In this document: in pieces, positions 10,374 through 19,948 of the stretch
Layout of the letters: every line of letters begins with the position of its first letter
How positions within the stretch are numbered: position 1 is the stretch's first letter
DNA from: an uncultured beta proteobacterium
Lineage (GTDB): Bacteria; Pseudomonadota; Gammaproteobacteria; Burkholderiales; Casimicrobiaceae
DNA length: 64,000 nt
Reading direction: 5' to 3'
NCBI GenBank assembly: GCA_963805355.1
Contig: CAWDTZ010000004.1
Location: 203,757-267,756 of the forward strand
The notes under the pieces: model-generated
Told to the model about the DNA's origin: nothing
What the model saw: only the letters and a program-made list of their open reading frames with translations
The model's database searches: none
Translations under genes and position numbers: made by a program

Positions 10374-11489
10374 CTACGGTACGATCGGCGCGATGCCTCG
10401 CTCGTACCAGGACTGCGACCGATTGACGAGCGCCACCACGACCAGCATCACCGGCACTTCGACCAGTACGCCGACGACGGTGGCCAATGCGGCGCCCGAG
10501 TGGAGTCCGAAGAGGCTGATCGCCGCGGCGACGGCGAGTTCGAAGAAGTTGGACGCGCCGATCAGTGCCGAGGGCCCGGCAACGCAATGCGCGACGCCGA
10601 GGCGCCGGTTGAGCCAATAGGCCAACGCGGCATTGAAGAACACCTGGATGACGATGGGGACGGCAAGCATCGCGATGATCAGCGGCTGCTGCAGGATTTG
10701 CTCGCCCTGGAACGCGAATAGCAGGATCAGCGTTGCCAGCAGCGCGACAATCGAAACCGGCGCCAGCCGGGCACGCACGGCCTCGAACGCCGCTTCGCCC
10801 CGTTGCAGCAACAGGCGTCGCGCGACCTGCGCGATGAAGAGCGGCACCACGATATAGAGCGCGACCGACACCAGCAGCGTGTTCCACGGCACGATGATCG
10901 CGGAAAGCCCGAGGAGCAGGCCCACGATCGGCGCGAATGCGACGATCATGATCGCGTCGTTCAGCGCAACCTGGGATAGCGTGAAGTAGGGATCGCCGCG
11001 GGTAAGCTGGCTCCAGACGAATACCATCGCCGTGCAAGGAGCGGCGGCCAGAAGGATCAGGCCGGCGATATAGCTGTCCTGGGCGTCCGCAGGCAGCCAC
11101 GCGGCGAACACGTGCCGAATGAACAGCCAGCCCAGCAGCGCCATCGTGAAGGGCTTGACGGCCCAGTTCACGAACAGCGTGACGCCGATCCCACGCCAAT
11201 GCGCGCTGACCTGGTGCAACGCGCCGAAGTCGATGCGCAGCAGCATCGGAATGATCATCAGCCACACCAGCAGGCCCACCGGGAGATTGACTTTGGCGAT
11301 CTCCAGCGCGGAGAGCGTCTGGAACGGCGCGGGCCATCCGTGGCCGAGCGCGATGCCGCTGATGATGCACAGCGCGACCCACAGCGACAGCCAGCGCTCG
11401 AAGACGCCCATGGCAGGCGGTGTGGCGGGAATTGTGCAGGCGGCCGCCGCACCGTCGTGCGTCGTTGGATCAACCGCAGGTAAGGTCAT
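10374..11489 (-). CDS. acr3: ACR3-family arsenite efflux permease
   Basis: [22 protein letters not shown]..., a polytopic membrane protein. Its ATG overlaps the arsC stop (ATGA). An alternative start exists at 11411. Confidence 0.9.
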   Translation of the reverse strand: MTLPAVDPTTHDGAAAACTIPATPPAMGVFERWLSLWVALCIISGIALGHGWPAPFQTLSALEIAKVNLPVGLLVWLMIIPMLLRIDFGALHQVSAHWRGIGVTLFVNWAVKPFTMALLGWLFIRHVFAAWLPADAQDSYIAGLILLAAAPCTAMVFVWSQLTRGDPYFTLSQVALNDAIMIVAFAPIVGLLLGLSAIIVPWNTLLVSVALYIVVPLFIAQVARRLLLQRGEAAFEAVRARLAPVSIVALLATLILLFAFQGEQILQQPLIIAMLAVPIVIQVFFNAALAYWLNRRLGVAHCVAGPSALIGASNFFELAVAAAISLFGLHSGAALATVVGVLVEVPVMLVVVALVNRSQSWYERGIAPIVP

Positions 11490-11989
11490 GCGCCGGTCAC
11501 GCCGATATCGCGCAAATGCGCCTGCAGCGACAGGCGGTTGAGCGTGGCCAGTGGCAGGCTCGTGAAGAGGCGGATGCGTTGGATCAGGACATGCGATGCG
11601 GCGGAGAAGGCGCGCCGCTTCTCGTCATCCGTCCCTTCGACTGCCGCCGGATCGGGAATGCCCCAGTGTGCCGTCATCGGCTGGCCGGGCCACACCGGGC
11701 ACACTTCACCGGCCGCGTTGTCGCAAACGGTGATGACGAAGTCGAGCGGCGGCGCATCAGGCCCGGCAAAGCGCTCCCACGGTTTGCTTTCGAGGCCTTC
11801 CGTCGGCATGTGGCTGGCACGCAGCAGTTCGAGCGCCAAGGGATTGACCTTGCCCGAGGGTTTCGAGCCGGCGGAATACGCGTTGAATCGTCCGCCCCCG
11901 GCCTGGCGCAGGATGGCTTCGGCCATGATGCTGCGCGCCGAGTTTCCGGTACACAGAAACAATACGTTGTAGGGGCGGACGGTGGTCAT
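11486..11989 (-). CDS. arsC: arsenate reductase, LMW-PTPase (thioredoxin-coupled) type
   Basis: [19 protein letters not shown]-loop (CX5R-S) and the VITVCD motif. 167 aa. Confidence 0.9.
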   Translation of the reverse strand: MTTVRPYNVLFLCTGNSARSIMAEAILRQAGGGRFNAYSAGSKPSGKVNPLALELLRASHMPTEGLESKPWERFAGPDAPPLDFVITVCDNAAGEVCPVWPGQPMTAHWGIPDPAAVEGTDDEKRRAFSAASHVLIQRIRLFTSLPLATLNRLSLQAHLRDIGVTGA

Positions 11990-12014
11990 GGCGTGAATCC
12001 GGATTGAAATAGCA

Positions 12015-12578
12015 TCAGTCGGGCGCGCAACAGTCCGACGCGGCTTTGGCACTGGTCGCGTCAGGCGACGGCGCGCAACAAGCCGATGCCATCGCGCCGG
12101 CGGCGGCCCTCGGCGCGCAGCAGCCGCCGGTGGTCGTCGACACCGACCCGCCCGCGGCGGCCAAACCGCAGGCGGCCGTGGACGCCGCAGGCTGCCCGTC
12201 ACCATCGAAAAACGGCACGCTGTCGAGCGAATGGAACGCTTCCCAGGCAATGCCCTGCGGGTCGGTGACCCAGTGCTTGTCCGAGCGCGCATAGCAGCAA
12301 CTGACGCCGGCTTCGTCGACGACGGTGGCGCCATCTGCCGCCGCAAAATGCGTGCGCAACTCGGCCAATTCGTCGGCGTTGTCGGCCTGCATGCCCAGGT
12401 GATTCACGCCGATGCGCGCGCCGCGTTGCGAGATGGCAAAGTTGACGCGTGGATCGTCGAGCATCCACTTGGCGTAATCGCTTTTCTCGACGGAAGGCGC
12501 GAGTCCGAAGAGATCGGAATAGAAACGGATGCTGGCGGCGAGATCGGGCACGCCCAGATGCACATGAAAACGCTTCAT
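12015..12578 (-). CDS. arsI: ArsI-type C-As lyase (VOC/glyoxalase fold) with Cys-rich tail
   Basis: [10 protein letters not shown]..., a vicinal Cys pair in [24 protein letters not shown], and a tail with three CCAP motifs. The start overlaps the arsR stop (TGATG). Confidence 0.75.
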   Translation of the reverse strand: MKRFHVHLGVPDLAASIRFYSDLFGLAPSVEKSDYAKWMLDDPRVNFAISQRGARIGVNHLGMQADNADELAELRTHFAAADGATVVDEAGVSCCYARSDKHWVTDPQGIAWEAFHSLDSVPFFDGDGQPAASTAACGLAAAGGSVSTTTGGCCAPRAAAGAMASACCAPSPDATSAKAASDCCAPD

Positions 12579-12991
12579 CATTGACTCCTGGTGCGCGGTT
12601 TGGAGGGCTTGCACGATGCGGCAGGGGCGCATTCGCTGTCGCAGGCAACGTTGCCGCCGGCGCGGCAGCAATGGTCGGTGAGATAGCCAATGAGGCCGTT
12701 CATGCCGGCGACGTTGGCGCGATACCAGATGAAGCGGCTTTCGCGGCGGTCGAGAATCAGGCCGGCATTGGCCAGTTCCTTCAGGTGGAATGAAAGCGTG
12801 GCGGGAGGCAGTTTCAACTGCAAGGCGATGGCGCCCGCGGTGAGGCCCTCCGGCGCGTATTCGATCAGCAGCCGGAAGATCGCAAGGCGCGTTTCCTGGG
12901 CGAGCGCGGCCAGGGCCGCGACGGCGCGTGCCACATCGGTGGACGTTGCCTGGTTGGTCGCGCTCTGGGCTGCAGTTCGCTGAGATTTCAT
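12578..12991 (-). CDS. arsR: ArsR/SmtB family metalloregulator
   Basis: Winged HTH (ETRLAIFRLLIEYAPEGLTAGAIALQLKLPPATLSFHLKEL) and a C-terminal Cys cluster (HCCRAGGNVACDSEC). Confidence 0.9.
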   Translation of the reverse strand: MKSQRTAAQSATNQATSTDVARAVAALAALAQETRLAIFRLLIEYAPEGLTAGAIALQLKLPPATLSFHLKELANAGLILDRRESRFIWYRANVAGMNGLIGYLTDHCCRAGGNVACDSECAPAASCKPSKPRTRSQ

Positions 12992-12993
12992 GA

Positions 12994-13009
12994 TTCCAAT
13001 AATATGGAA
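12994..13009. promoter_or_regulatory. AT-rich inverted repeat TTCCA-N6-TGGAA at the arsR start (candidate operator)
   Basis: ttccaATAATAtggaa lies immediately upstream of the arsR ATG, in the only AT-rich patch of this region. Confidence 0.3.
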
Positions 13010-13117
13010 ATAATAAACCGGCGTCAAGGACAGCGCGTGAAGAATGGGGTCGGCGGCAACGGCGGCCGTGGTTCCAGCTTCGCCTCCGGTGACCTCCATG
13101 ACGCGAGGCCGACGCGT

Positions 13118-13152
13118 CGCCTGCCGGGACGCTCAAGCCCTCCCGGCAGGCG
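13118..13152 (-). terminator. strong GC-rich hairpin downstream of the dehydratase/RraA-like operon
   Basis: CGCCTGCCGGGA-(11 nt)-TCCCGGCAGGCG, a 12-bp perfect stem 10 nt after the stop at 13162. No clear U-tract. Confidence 0.5.
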
Positions 13153-13161
13153 ATGCCATCC

Positions 13162-13881
13162 TCAGATGCCGCGTTCCTTGCGCCATACCTCGAAGGCCGC
13201 GCGCGTCTCGGCGTTGGGCGGGTAGGTGCCGGCAAGTATGGCGCCGCCCTGCACGCGTTCGAGAATGAAGAGTTCCATCTTTTCCTGCTCGATGGCCTGC
13301 ACCGCGACTTCGTCCGCCAGATGTTGCGGGATCACGACCACGCCCTCGTCGTCGCCGACGATGATGTCGCCAGGATAGACCGCCACGCCGCCGCAGCCGA
13401 TCGGGACGTTCTGGTCGATCGCGTGGTGATGGAGCAGGTTGAGTGGCGCGCTGCCGCCGGCGCAGTACACGGGGAAATCCATTTCGGCGATGGCGCCGCT
13501 GTCCCGTACCGGACCATCCGACACGAGCCCGGCGGCACCGCGCACCATGAGGCGCGTGGTCAGGATCTGTCCACCCGAAGCCACGCGCGTCTCGCCCCGG
13601 CAATCGAGCACCAGTACATGACCCGGCGGCACGCTTTCAATGGCCTTGCGCTGCGGATGATCGGGATTGTCGAACGCGCTGATCTGGTCCAGGTCTTCAC
13701 GCGACGGGATGTTGCGCATGGTGAACGCAGGCCCGACGAGATTGCCGCCGGAGGGCGTGGTCAATTGCGCGATGCCCTGGATGAAGACGTTGCGGAAGCC
13801 GCGCTTGAAGAGCTGCGTGCACAGCGTTGCCGTGCTGACGTGGCGCAGCAGCTCGCGGGTGGCGGGAGCAAGTTCGGACAT
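13162..13881 (-). CDS. RraA-family protein (HMG/CHA-aldolase-like)
   Basis: GGQILTTRLMVRGAAGLVSDGPVRD and GDIIVGDDEGVVVIP motifs. ATG 13881 has AGGAG 6 nt upstream, so the longer track start (TTG 13914) is less likely. Confidence 0.8.
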   Translation of the reverse strand: MSELAPATRELLRHVSTATLCTQLFKRGFRNVFIQGIAQLTTPSGGNLVGPAFTMRNIPSREDLDQISAFDNPDHPQRKAIESVPPGHVLVLDCRGETRVASGGQILTTRLMVRGAAGLVSDGPVRDSGAIAEMDFPVYCAGGSAPLNLLHHHAIDQNVPIGCGGVAVYPGDIIVGDDEGVVVIPQHLADEVAVQAIEQEKMELFILERVQGGAILAGTYPPNAETRAAFEVWRKERGI

Positions 13882-13910
13882 GTTCATCTCCTGGTAGGGC
13901 GTCGCCCCGG

Positions 13911-15644
13911 TCAATGAATCTCGGGATCGGGCGTTTGCGCGCCCGCTTCAAGGAAATCGAAATCGCAGCCCTCGTTGGCCTGCGTGACGTGCTTCAGATA
14001 CAGCGTGCCGAAGCCGCGCGTGTAGTGTGGTGGCGGCGCGACCCAAGCGTCACGGCGGCGCGCGAGCTCGGCGTCATCCACCTTCAGCGTGAGTGTGCGC
14101 GCCGGCACGTCGAGCTCGATGATGTCACCGTCCTGGACGAAGGCGAACGGGCCGCCCACATGCGATTCGGGCGCGACGTGCAGTACGCACGCTCCGTAGC
14201 TGGTACCGCTCATCCGTGCATCCGAGATGCGCAGCATGTCGCGCACGCCTTGCTGCAGCAGTTTCTTCGGGATCGGCAGCTGCCCCCATTCCGGTAGCCC
14301 GGGCGCACCTTGCGGGCCTGCGCTCTGCAGCACCAGCACGCTGTCCTTGTCGACCACGAGGCCCGGATCGTCGATGCGTGCCGCCATGTCGTTGTAGTCG
14401 CGGAACACGACGGCAGGTCCGGCGTGGCGCATCAGATGCGGCTCCATCGCCGCGGGCTTGATCACCGCACCATCGGGGGCAAGGTTGCCGTGCAGCACCG
14501 CCAGCCCATCGTGCACGACCAGCGGGTTGGCGCGGGTGCGGATCACGTCGTCGTTGTAGACCGCCGCGCCGAGCAGGTTGTCGCCGAGCGTTTTGCCATT
14601 GACGGTCAGCGCGGACCCATCGAGCAGGTCGGTGAGCCGCGACAGCATGCCGCGCAACCCGCCGGCGTAGTAGAAATCCTCCATCAGGTACTTGCCCGAC
14701 GGCCGGATGTTGGCCAGCACCGGCGTTCGCCGCGCCAGCGCATCGAAACGTGCGAGGTCGAGCGGCACCCCCGCGCGCCGCGCGGTGGCGATGAGGTGCA
14801 CGATGGCGTTGGTGGAGCCGCCCAGCGCCAGCACGGTGGTCACGGCATTGTCGATCGCACGCGCATCGACGACGTCGCGGATGAGGAGGTCTTCCCACAC
14901 CATCTCGACGATGCGCTTGCCGGATAGCGTGGCCATCTGCGCGTGCCGGGAGTCGGGCGCGGGAATGGACGTGGCGCCCGGCAGCGTGAGCCCCATCGCT
15001 TCGGTGGCACCCGTCATCGTGGACGCGGTGCCCATCGTCATGCAATGACCCGGTGACCGCGCGATGCCGTCCTCGACCCCTTGCCAGTCTTCCTCGGTGA
15101 TGTTGCCGGCGCGCAGTTCGGCCCAGTACTTCCATGTGTCGCTGCCGCTGCCCAGGAAATTGCCGCGAAAATCACCGCGCAGCATCGGTCCCGCGGGTAC
15201 GAATATCGCGGGCAGGTTCATCGACAGCGCGCCCATCACCAGCGCCGGCGTCGTCTTGTCGCAACCGCCCATCAGCACGCAGCCGTCCGCCGGATAGCTG
15301 CGCAGCAATTCCTCCGTCTCCATCGCCAGCAGGTTGCGATAGAGCATCGTCGTGGGCTTCTGGAACGGCTCGGCCAGCGAGATCGCCGGCATCTCGATGG
15401 GAAAGCCGCCGGCCTGCCACACGCCGCGCTTGACCTCCTCCGCGCGCTGGCGGAAGTGGCTGTGGCACGAGTTGATCTCGCTCCACGTGTTGATGATCGC
15501 GATCACCGGCTTGCCCTGGTAATCGGAGCGGTGATAGCCCATCTGCGCAGTACGCGAGCGGTGGCCGAACGAGCGCAGATCGTTGACGCCATACCAGCGG
15601 TGACTGCGCAGCTGCTCAGGGGTCTTGCGGGGTTTGGTGCTCAT
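13911..15644 (-). CDS. IlvD/Edd-family dehydratase (sugar-acid dehydratase-like, 577 aa)
   Basis: [33 protein letters not shown] and [12 protein letters not shown]. The length and N-terminus resemble pentonate dehydratases rather than biosynthetic IlvD. Confidence 0.85.
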   Translation of the reverse strand: MSTKPRKTPEQLRSHRWYGVNDLRSFGHRSRTAQMGYHRSDYQGKPVIAIINTWSEINSCHSHFRQRAEEVKRGVWQAGGFPIEMPAISLAEPFQKPTTMLYRNLLAMETEELLRSYPADGCVLMGGCDKTTPALVMGALSMNLPAIFVPAGPMLRGDFRGNFLGSGSDTWKYWAELRAGNITEEDWQGVEDGIARSPGHCMTMGTASTMTGATEAMGLTLPGATSIPAPDSRHAQMATLSGKRIVEMVWEDLLIRDVVDARAIDNAVTTVLALGGSTNAIVHLIATARRAGVPLDLARFDALARRTPVLANIRPSGKYLMEDFYYAGGLRGMLSRLTDLLDGSALTVNGKTLGDNLLGAAVYNDDVIRTRANPLVVHDGLAVLHGNLAPDGAVIKPAAMEPHLMRHAGPAVVFRDYNDMAARIDDPGLVVDKDSVLVLQSAGPQGAPGLPEWGQLPIPKKLLQQGVRDMLRISDARMSGTSYGACVLHVAPESHVGGPFAFVQDGDIIELDVPARTLTLKVDDAELARRRDAWVAPPPHYTRGFGTLYLKHVTQANEGCDFDFLEAGAQTPDPEIH

Positions 15645-15716
15645 GGGGGGCCTGGGTTGCGATTGACGTTGGATGCAGTTTGCCGTTGCGGGATGGCTCC
15701 TGGCAGTTTGGTGCCA

Positions 15717-17477
15717 CTATGGACGCCGGCGGCGCCCCCATGTCCATGCGCGCCACAGCACGAACGGGATGCCGACGATGGTCAACAGACCCCACAGGCC
15801 GGCCGCATAGTCGGAGGGCCGTAGTGTATGCGGCAAGAGGTCGGGGTCGCGCAGCGCGGCAGGGAAGGGACGTGGCGGCACGGGAACGATCTGCACCAGC
15901 GCGGGGTCGTTGGGGATGCGGCTCTTGTATTCCCACGTGGTAACTGCGGGTGCGTCGCCAAACTTGCGGCTCGACGGAAACTGCGGAAAGCGCACGAAGG
16001 CGAGCGCGTCCATGTCCTCCGCCAGCATCTGCGCCAGTGCGCCGTGCTCCGCAGCCCCTTGTCCGCGCGTCATCGCGATCAGGCTGCCGAAGATTTCCTC
16101 CAGCGCCGCGGCAGGCATCAGGCGCGTCTGGTCGGTGCGCAGGTAATCGAAGGCCAGCTTGGCCTTGCCGATCGAAAGCTCCTTGATCGCGATGAACGGA
16201 AAGCCGAGCCACGCCAGCCATCGGCTCGATGGTCCGCGCGCCGGCACCGACCAGCCCAATGCGCGCAGCGTGTCGACGCTGATGCTCGTGCAGTTCTCGT
16301 TCGGGTGGTAGTACTCGATCTGGTGCCGATAGAACTGGTTGAACACGCGGTTCAGCGCCCCCTGCACCAGCGCCGCGGCGCGTTCATCCCGCAGCACCAG
16401 CACCAGCATGGTGGTGGGGCGGTACCAACCCTGGCCGCTGTTCAAGTCGGCCAGGTAATTGTCGAGTGGCAACGGGGCGGCAATGATGCCCTTTTCGCTT
16501 TCGACATCGAGCGAGTAGAAATTGTTGACGAGCCAGTTGCCGATGCTGCCGTCGGCCTGCACCCGTCCCGTGACCAGCGCAAAATGCCCGCCTTGCGCCT
16601 CGTCGTCGTCGCCTTGCGCGCCGTTGACCATGAAGGCCAGTACCGCCCGCCCGGCCCACGTGGAGAGGTCGTTGTCGGTGTCAGTGCCACGCTGCCACAG
16701 CGTGGTCGCCTGGTAGGGGCTCTGCGCGCCGCCGCGTGGCGCCTCGCGCATCAGCGCGCGCATGGCCTCGGGCTCGCCCGGGGCCGTCGGCAGTGCGCGC
16801 GTTGGCGGTGCGGCGGGACCCACGCGCCAGCCTTCGGGCCAGAACGTGCGGACCTCGAACCCGTCAGGGGCGGACGCGCCGCGAACCGTCAAGGCGCGAT
16901 CGCGAAAAAACGCAATGGACGAGGCATCGAAATACGAGCGATTGAGCGGGATCTTGGCGATCGGGCGAAAGGGCACGTTGCCTTGCGCCGTGGTGAGTTC
17001 GCCGGGGTCGGCGCCAATCGTCGCATGGCGCAGGATCTGCGGCGCGGCGATCCACACCAGTGGCGGATACGCCAGCGCCGCCGTCGGCGCACGATTCGTG
17101 GCCCATTGCCGCACGTCGTCGTAGGCGTGCACACCCGGCGTGAACGACGCCACCGGCACGCCGTGGTCGGGGACGGCGATGGTCTCGTCGCGGAAGTACC
17201 AGAGCGCCTGGCGGATCGTGGGGCAATCGGTGCACGCGCCGGTCGCGATCCGGAAATTGCGCGCCGAATAGAGTCCGAAATCGCCGTCGGCGGTGGCAGG
17301 TTCGAGGAGGGACGCGAAGGCGCCCTGGGTGGCATGCACGAGGATTAGCGCGAAGGTGGCAATGCGTGCGCGTCGCGCCGGCATCGGACCGGGCGCGGAC
17401 GGCGGCAGAAGAACCATGCGCGCGATTATGGAGGCGAAGTGCGCCCGCGTCACCGGGCGCACGCGTTGACCGGCCAT
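15717..17477 (-). CDS. uncharacterised exported/membrane-anchored protein (586-aa ORF)
   Basis: Possible signal peptide (MPARRARIATFALILVHATQGAFA; alternative starts 17417 and 17384) and a C-terminal TM helix followed by RRRRP. Motifs GGHFALVTGRV and YYHPNENCTSISVDTLRALGW. Lies 5 nt downstream of phnE. Confidence 0.55.
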   Translation of the reverse strand: MAGQRVRPVTRAHFASIIARMVLLPPSAPGPMPARRARIATFALILVHATQGAFASLLEPATADGDFGLYSARNFRIATGACTDCPTIRQALWYFRDETIAVPDHGVPVASFTPGVHAYDDVRQWATNRAPTAALAYPPLVWIAAPQILRHATIGADPGELTTAQGNVPFRPIAKIPLNRSYFDASSIAFFRDRALTVRGASAPDGFEVRTFWPEGWRVGPAAPPTRALPTAPGEPEAMRALMREAPRGGAQSPYQATTLWQRGTDTDNDLSTWAGRAVLAFMVNGAQGDDDEAQGGHFALVTGRVQADGSIGNWLVNNFYSLDVESEKGIIAAPLPLDNYLADLNSGQGWYRPTTMLVLVLRDERAAALVQGALNRVFNQFYRHQIEYYHPNENCTSISVDTLRALGWSVPARGPSSRWLAWLGFPFIAIKELSIGKAKLAFDYLRTDQTRLMPAAALEEIFGSLIAMTRGQGAAEHGALAQMLAEDMDALAFVRFPQFPSSRKFGDAPAVTTWEYKSRIPNDPALVQIVPVPPRPFPAALRDPDLLPHTLRPSDYAAGLWGLLTIVGIPFVLWRAWTWGRRRRP

Positions 17478-17482
17478 TCGCT

Positions 17483-18256
17483 TCAGGCCATGCGCAGGCG
17501 CAAACCGTTGGACAGCACGTCCACCACGGCCACCAGTCCGATCATCGCGAACAGGACCGTGGCCGCTTCATGCGTCTGGAAGAGCGACAGGTGAAAGTAG
17601 AGCATCTGGCCCAGGCCACCGGCGCCGACGACGCCCAGGATGGTCGCCGCGCGGATATTGTTCTCCCACCGGTACAACGTATAGCTCGTCAATTGCGGCA
17701 GGGCCTGCGGCAGCGTCGAGTACCAGAAGGCGGCGGCGGGTGCGACCCCGTTGCGGCGCAACGCCTCGTTGACCTCGGGGGGGACGTTTTCGAGCGATTC
17801 GGCGAAGAGGCGCCCCAGCACACCGGTGGTGTGAAAGGCCAGCGCCAGCGTGCCGGCAAAGGGGCCCAGCCCCGCCGCCACGACAATCATCGACGCCCAT
17901 ACGAGTTCGGGGATTGCACGCGCCACGTTCAGCACGCCGCGCGCAGCCAACTTGGCCGGCATGCCCCAGCGCCCCGCGGCCGGCAAGGCCAATGCGAGGC
18001 CGCCGATCACGGCCAGCAACGTGCCCAGCACCGAGATCGCCAGTGTTTCAAGCGCGGCCCATCCCGTTCGGGCGAGGAACGACGCGTCCATCGCTGGCGG
18101 CACGAAGCCGCGCGCGAAGTCGCCCATCTTGCCCAGAGCTTCGAGCGAGAACAGGCTGGCCCAGTCACCGGACAGCGTGGCCACGCAGGCGGCGAGAAAC
18201 AGCAGGAACGCGAACGGAGCGACGATGGTACGGGCAAAGCTGTTCATGCGAGCCAC
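17483..18256 (-). CDS. phnE: phosphonate/phosphite ABC transporter permease
   Basis: PhnE-type permease with an EAA-like loop. Overlaps the upstream phnE by 13 nt. Confidence 0.85.
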   Translation of the reverse strand: MARMNSFARTIVAPFAFLLFLAACVATLSGDWASLFSLEALGKMGDFARGFVPPAMDASFLARTGWAALETLAISVLGTLLAVIGGLALALPAAGRWGMPAKLAARGVLNVARAIPELVWASMIVVAAGLGPFAGTLALAFHTTGVLGRLFAESLENVPPEVNEALRRNGVAPAAAFWYSTLPQALPQLTSYTLYRWENNIRAATILGVVGAGGLGQMLYFHLSLFQTHEAATVLFAMIGLVAVVDVLSNGLRLRMA

Positions 18257-19077
18257 CGTCGCAGCGTGCCGCTGAAGGCGTCGGCGACGAACACCAGTGC
18301 CACGAAGACGAGCAGCATCGTCAACACTTCACCGCCCGCCAGCATCTTCAGCGACAGCTCCATCTGCTGGCCAAGTCCACCGGCGCCGACAAAGCCCATC
18401 ACGACGGAGGCGCGGATCGCGCACTCCCAGCGATAGACGGTATACGACATGAGCTCGGGCAGGCATACCGGCAACGTGCCGTATAAAAAAGCCTGGCTGC
18501 GCGACGCGCCATTGGCCAGCAAGGCGCGCGTGGCCTGCGCCTCGCCCGACTCCAGGATCTCGATGTACACCTTGCCGAGCATGCCGCCGTAGGTGAGCGC
18601 GATGGCGATGACGCCGGCGGTGTCGCCCAGGCCCACGGCGCGCACGAACAGCAGCGCCCAGACGATTTCCGGGATCGACCGCAGCAGGATCAGCAACGAA
18701 CGGATCGCCCACCGCGCGCCGGCGCATAACGTGCACATGCGCCCGCCGGCCAACGCCGATACCGACAGCACGCGCGTGGCGAGCAGCGCAAACGGCGCGG
18801 CGATGATGATGGCCAGCGTGGTGCCGACCGTGGCGATCGCGACCGTCTTCCATGTGGCGCCTGCCACCAGCGCGAGAAAGGGCAGGTCGACCCGCGGCGG
18901 AAAGAACGTCGCGAGAAACTGGCGCGTGGAACGCAGGCTGGCCTCGCCCCAGAGCGAAGCCGGATTGAACTCCGCGAGCCAGCCGGTGGGGATCAGCACG
19001 ACGACCGCGACGAGTGTCCAGGCGATGCGCGCGCGCCAGGCCGGATCGACGGGCGGTGTTGCGCGCAATGCGTGCAT
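18244..19077 (-). CDS. phnE: phosphonate/phosphite ABC transporter permease
   Basis: Second PhnE paralog, polytopic, in the same operon. Confidence 0.85.
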   Translation of the reverse strand: MHALRATPPVDPAWRARIAWTLVAVVVLIPTGWLAEFNPASLWGEASLRSTRQFLATFFPPRVDLPFLALVAGATWKTVAIATVGTTLAIIIAAPFALLATRVLSVSALAGGRMCTLCAGARWAIRSLLILLRSIPEIVWALLFVRAVGLGDTAGVIAIALTYGGMLGKVYIEILESGEAQATRALLANGASRSQAFLYGTLPVCLPELMSYTVYRWECAIRASVVMGFVGAGGLGQQMELSLKMLAGGEVLTMLLVFVALVFVADAFSGTLRRWLA

Positions 19078-19089
19078 CGCCGCGTGCCC

Positions 19090-19923
19090 TCAGAGGCAGC
19101 GCGTCAACGTGCGGCGCGCATCGTCTTCATCGGGAGGGGTCTGGAACGACACACCCAGTTCGGTGCCGTACAGCTGCGCGAGCAATGCATCGGTGACGAT
19201 TGCGCGCGGCAGATCGAACATCACCTTGCCGTCGCGCAACCCGATGAGGCGCGGAAAGCGCGCCAGCGCGAGATCGACGGCATGCAACGACACCACCAGC
19301 GTTGCTGCGCGCTCGCGCGCCGCCATCTGCAGGACCTCCAGCGCCGCGCCGGCCAGCGCGGGGTCGAGCGCCGACACCGGTTCGTCGAGCAGGAAGAGGC
19401 GTGCGCGCGACACCAGCAGGCGTGCGAGACCGACCCGCTGGCGCTCGCCGCCCGAGAGCCGGTCGCAACGCAGGAAGAGCTTGTCCTCCAGGCGGAACTG
19501 CGCCAGCGCATCGCGCGCCGCGATCACATCGCGCGGGTGCACCAGCGACCGCAGGGCCTCCCACGTCGTCCACTGCGGCAGGCGACCCGCCAGCACGGCG
19601 TTGACCACGCGCTGGCGCGGCGCCAGTGGCGGCACCTGCGGCGCGAGGAAGAGATGACCGCGCAATGCATGCAGCGCGCGATCGGAAAGCGACCAGGGAT
19701 CGGCGCCGAACAGGTTGACGCTGCCCGCCGTCGGCCGCATCGCGCAGGCCAGGGTGGTCAGGAGCGTGGTCTTGCCCGCGCCCGAGGGCCCGATGATGGC
19801 CACCTGCTCGCCCGGCGCCAATGCGATCGAAATGCCGGTCAGGGCCGCACGGCCGTCGGCATAGGCGACGGTGGCCGCCGACAACGACGACGGCAGCAGC
19901 GGCGCGGGCACCGGCGAGCGCAT
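19090..19923 (-). CDS. phnC: phosphonate/phosphite ABC transporter ATP-binding protein
   Basis: Walker A (GPSGAGKTTLL), signature (LSGGERQRVGLARLL) and Walker B (LFLLDEP). Confidence 0.9.
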   Translation of the reverse strand: MRSPVPAPLLPSSLSAATVAYADGRAALTGISIALAPGEQVAIIGPSGAGKTTLLTTLACAMRPTAGSVNLFGADPWSLSDRALHALRGHLFLAPQVPPLAPRQRVVNAVLAGRLPQWTTWEALRSLVHPRDVIAARDALAQFRLEDKLFLRCDRLSGGERQRVGLARLLVSRARLFLLDEPVSALDPALAGAALEVLQMAARERAATLVVSLHAVDLALARFPRLIGLRDGKVMFDLPRAIVTDALLAQLYGTELGVSFQTPPDEDDARRTLTRCL

Positions 19924-19948
19924 GGCGATGCGGCGTGTCGATTGCAGC

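Noticed and set aside
12579-13235. Upstream part of the 406-aa track ORF that includes arsI
   Set aside because: It overlaps arsR out of frame and has junk composition. arsI starts at ATG 12578, overlapping the arsR stop.
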